From assembly GCA_030704615.1 (NCBI GenBank), contig CM060732.1:39990001-40054000 (forward strand): a stretch of 64,000 bases of DNA. Direction: 5' to 3'. The position numbers were made by a program, and so were the translations under genes. How positions within the stretch are numbered: the first letter of the stretch is position 1; every line of letters starts with the position of its first letter. The notes beneath the pieces were generated by a model. That model was not told the origin of the DNA, did no database searches, and saw only the letters and a program-made list of their open reading frames with translations. Source of the DNA: Takakia lepidozioides (Eukaryota; Plantae; Bryophyta). Shown here piece after piece: positions 62,526 to 64,000 of the stretch.

Positions 62526-63148
62526 CATTTTCATTCTAAATTTCTAGGACTGTACCTAGTTGGTTCCATTGAACCAATCTTCTACTCTTATATCTAATGC
62601 GTTTCCATGAGCAGAAATAGCCATTAGGTCTTTCCTTTCTCAGCATCTAAGATTTTATACTTGACAATCAGCAAACTCATAGACTTTTACTGATCCCTCG
62701 CAGTGGACCAAATTTCTTTGGCTAGGAGCTTTTCGTCCATCTGCCACCTCGTAGCACCTCCTCTATCTAGCATGAAACTACATCCACCTTCTAGCAACTA
62801 GGCTCTAATACCATGTTGAAAAACATAGATAGAACAACAACGGAAGGAGGATTGTATTGAAAGGAGGATTTTATTGAAACTCTCCGCCCGACCATAGAAG
62901 CACACAACATAAACAACTGATATGTGCCTTCATCCAGAACCTCTTATATAGTTCTAACTAGGCTAAAAGTAATCACTAAGACTTGCCTTTTAGACCTATT
63001 TTTACTATATATGTTAAGTAGTCCCATAATGAACTAGCACTAGCCTGAACTTTAAGACAAAAGCCTCTCTAAACTTTTAATGTCACTAACTTTATCTGCA
63101 AGTCAAGCTGTACATTATGGAGCTGTTTTCCAACAATGATCACTGTGC

Positions 63149-63547
63149 TTTCCAACATGATACCAATACCGTTTGTTGTTCAATGAAAATTCAGATCCTT
63201 GTGTGCGAGCAGTAAGACTATTTTGACCTACTTTTCCATATCTCCACTACTACCCCTTGGGAGATATTTTATCCAGTCAGGAGCAATTCTGAAAGGACGT
63301 GCCAAAGCGAAACTTCGCGAGAACATTGCCCCTACAGCTCAACCCCCACAGCTCAACCCCCCTGTTTTCTGAGATTTTCGACCAATGCAGGGGAGGTAGG
63401 GAGTGGGGTGTTTGGAAATTAAATTCTGGGGGTTACATTCTAAGTTGTCATCACTGAATTTTTGTTATCGGCAAGATCATAGCTGAAGGAGGCAGCCTGG
63501 ATGAAGCATGGGTGCAAATCCATGGGATCTAGAGTATCAGATTTCCG
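63149..63547. repeat. Dispersed repeat B, copy 2, with an ~99-bp insertion (63335-63433)
   Basis: Homologous to 38624-38956; the insert carries AACCCCC...GGGGGTT. Confidence 0.85.
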
Positions 63548-64000
63548 CACAAGAGTACCACTGAGGCCTATCGATTGATAGATACAAGAAACCCATGTGG
63601 CAAGAGGGCAATTTGGAAAAACTGGATTCAGGTAGATGTCAGTGTCATTGTCTGAAATGGTTGTTCAAAATGCAGTGTTGGTGTTGACCACTGCAGGCCG
63701 TATGTACATTCCACTCCTGTTTTTATCTCTATAGATACCACCAGGAAAACATTTGCACTAATTCTTTGTAAGCACTGGCTAGGAAGGACATGGACATTCA
63801 CAGCCATTCTAGCATCCACACTTTCATAGACATGCAATGGTCTGAGAACCTTGACATTATCAGTCAGAGATTTGAAGACCCTAACTTCATAGTAGGAAAT
63901 TGTTCCAAGCTATCATATGCATATAGATTGACGAAGAGATCATATTGAGCATGTACATACATGCAGAAGTTTGTTCAACTGAGGACAAGTTTATTTCAAG

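Larger units (their letters stand above)
59520..63135 (-). mobile_element. Old, internally deleted Ty1/Copia LTR retrotransposon; LTRs 62814-63135 (5') and 59520-59825 (3')
   Basis: TGTTG...CAACA LTR pair, TSD GTGAT/ATGAT, PBS TGGTATTAGAGC at 62802-62813, gag (DEKARANVIMSL), integrase (LEIIHFDVCGP), and RT/RNase H (DADWAG, CDNQSAI, RTKHIEV, ADVLTKSL) fragments with stops. Confidence 0.92.

Noticed and set aside
63600-64000. Possible further PPR relic at the window end
   Set aside because: Motif similarity too weak to support.

Overview
Nuclear DNA of a land plant, most likely a non-seed lineage such as a bryophyte or lycophyte. This is an inference from compact spliced genes, scattered PLS-PPR debris and the transposon repertoire. 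Host genes: importin-alpha (10 exons, net -1 frameshift in exon 6), NdhT/CRRJ, Lhca4, AIPP1/EDM3, an intronless CrRLK1L receptor kinase, a RING-H2 gene, two tandem-duplicated 2OG-Fe(II) dioxygenases and a SEC-C motif protein. The most unusual accessory DNA: (i) a decayed, intron-containing Crypton/DUF3504-type tyrosine recombinase gene whose catalytic half is inverted; (ii) an 821-bp TTAA-flanked, CCC-terminated piggyBac-like MITE inside a PPR relic; (iii) an intronless dual-specificity phosphatase with giant-virus-like features; (iv) RTE/RTEX-like LINEs stacked head-to-tail at a (TC)n/TCTCTGAC microsatellite inside a dioxygenase intron, plus a related 89-bp hairpin-rich retroposon end with an 11-bp TSD; (v) an old Copia element carrying a nested TIR element with a 4-bp TSD. 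All exon boundaries, homologies and counts were read by eye or recalled from known family motifs; no search or alignment was run.
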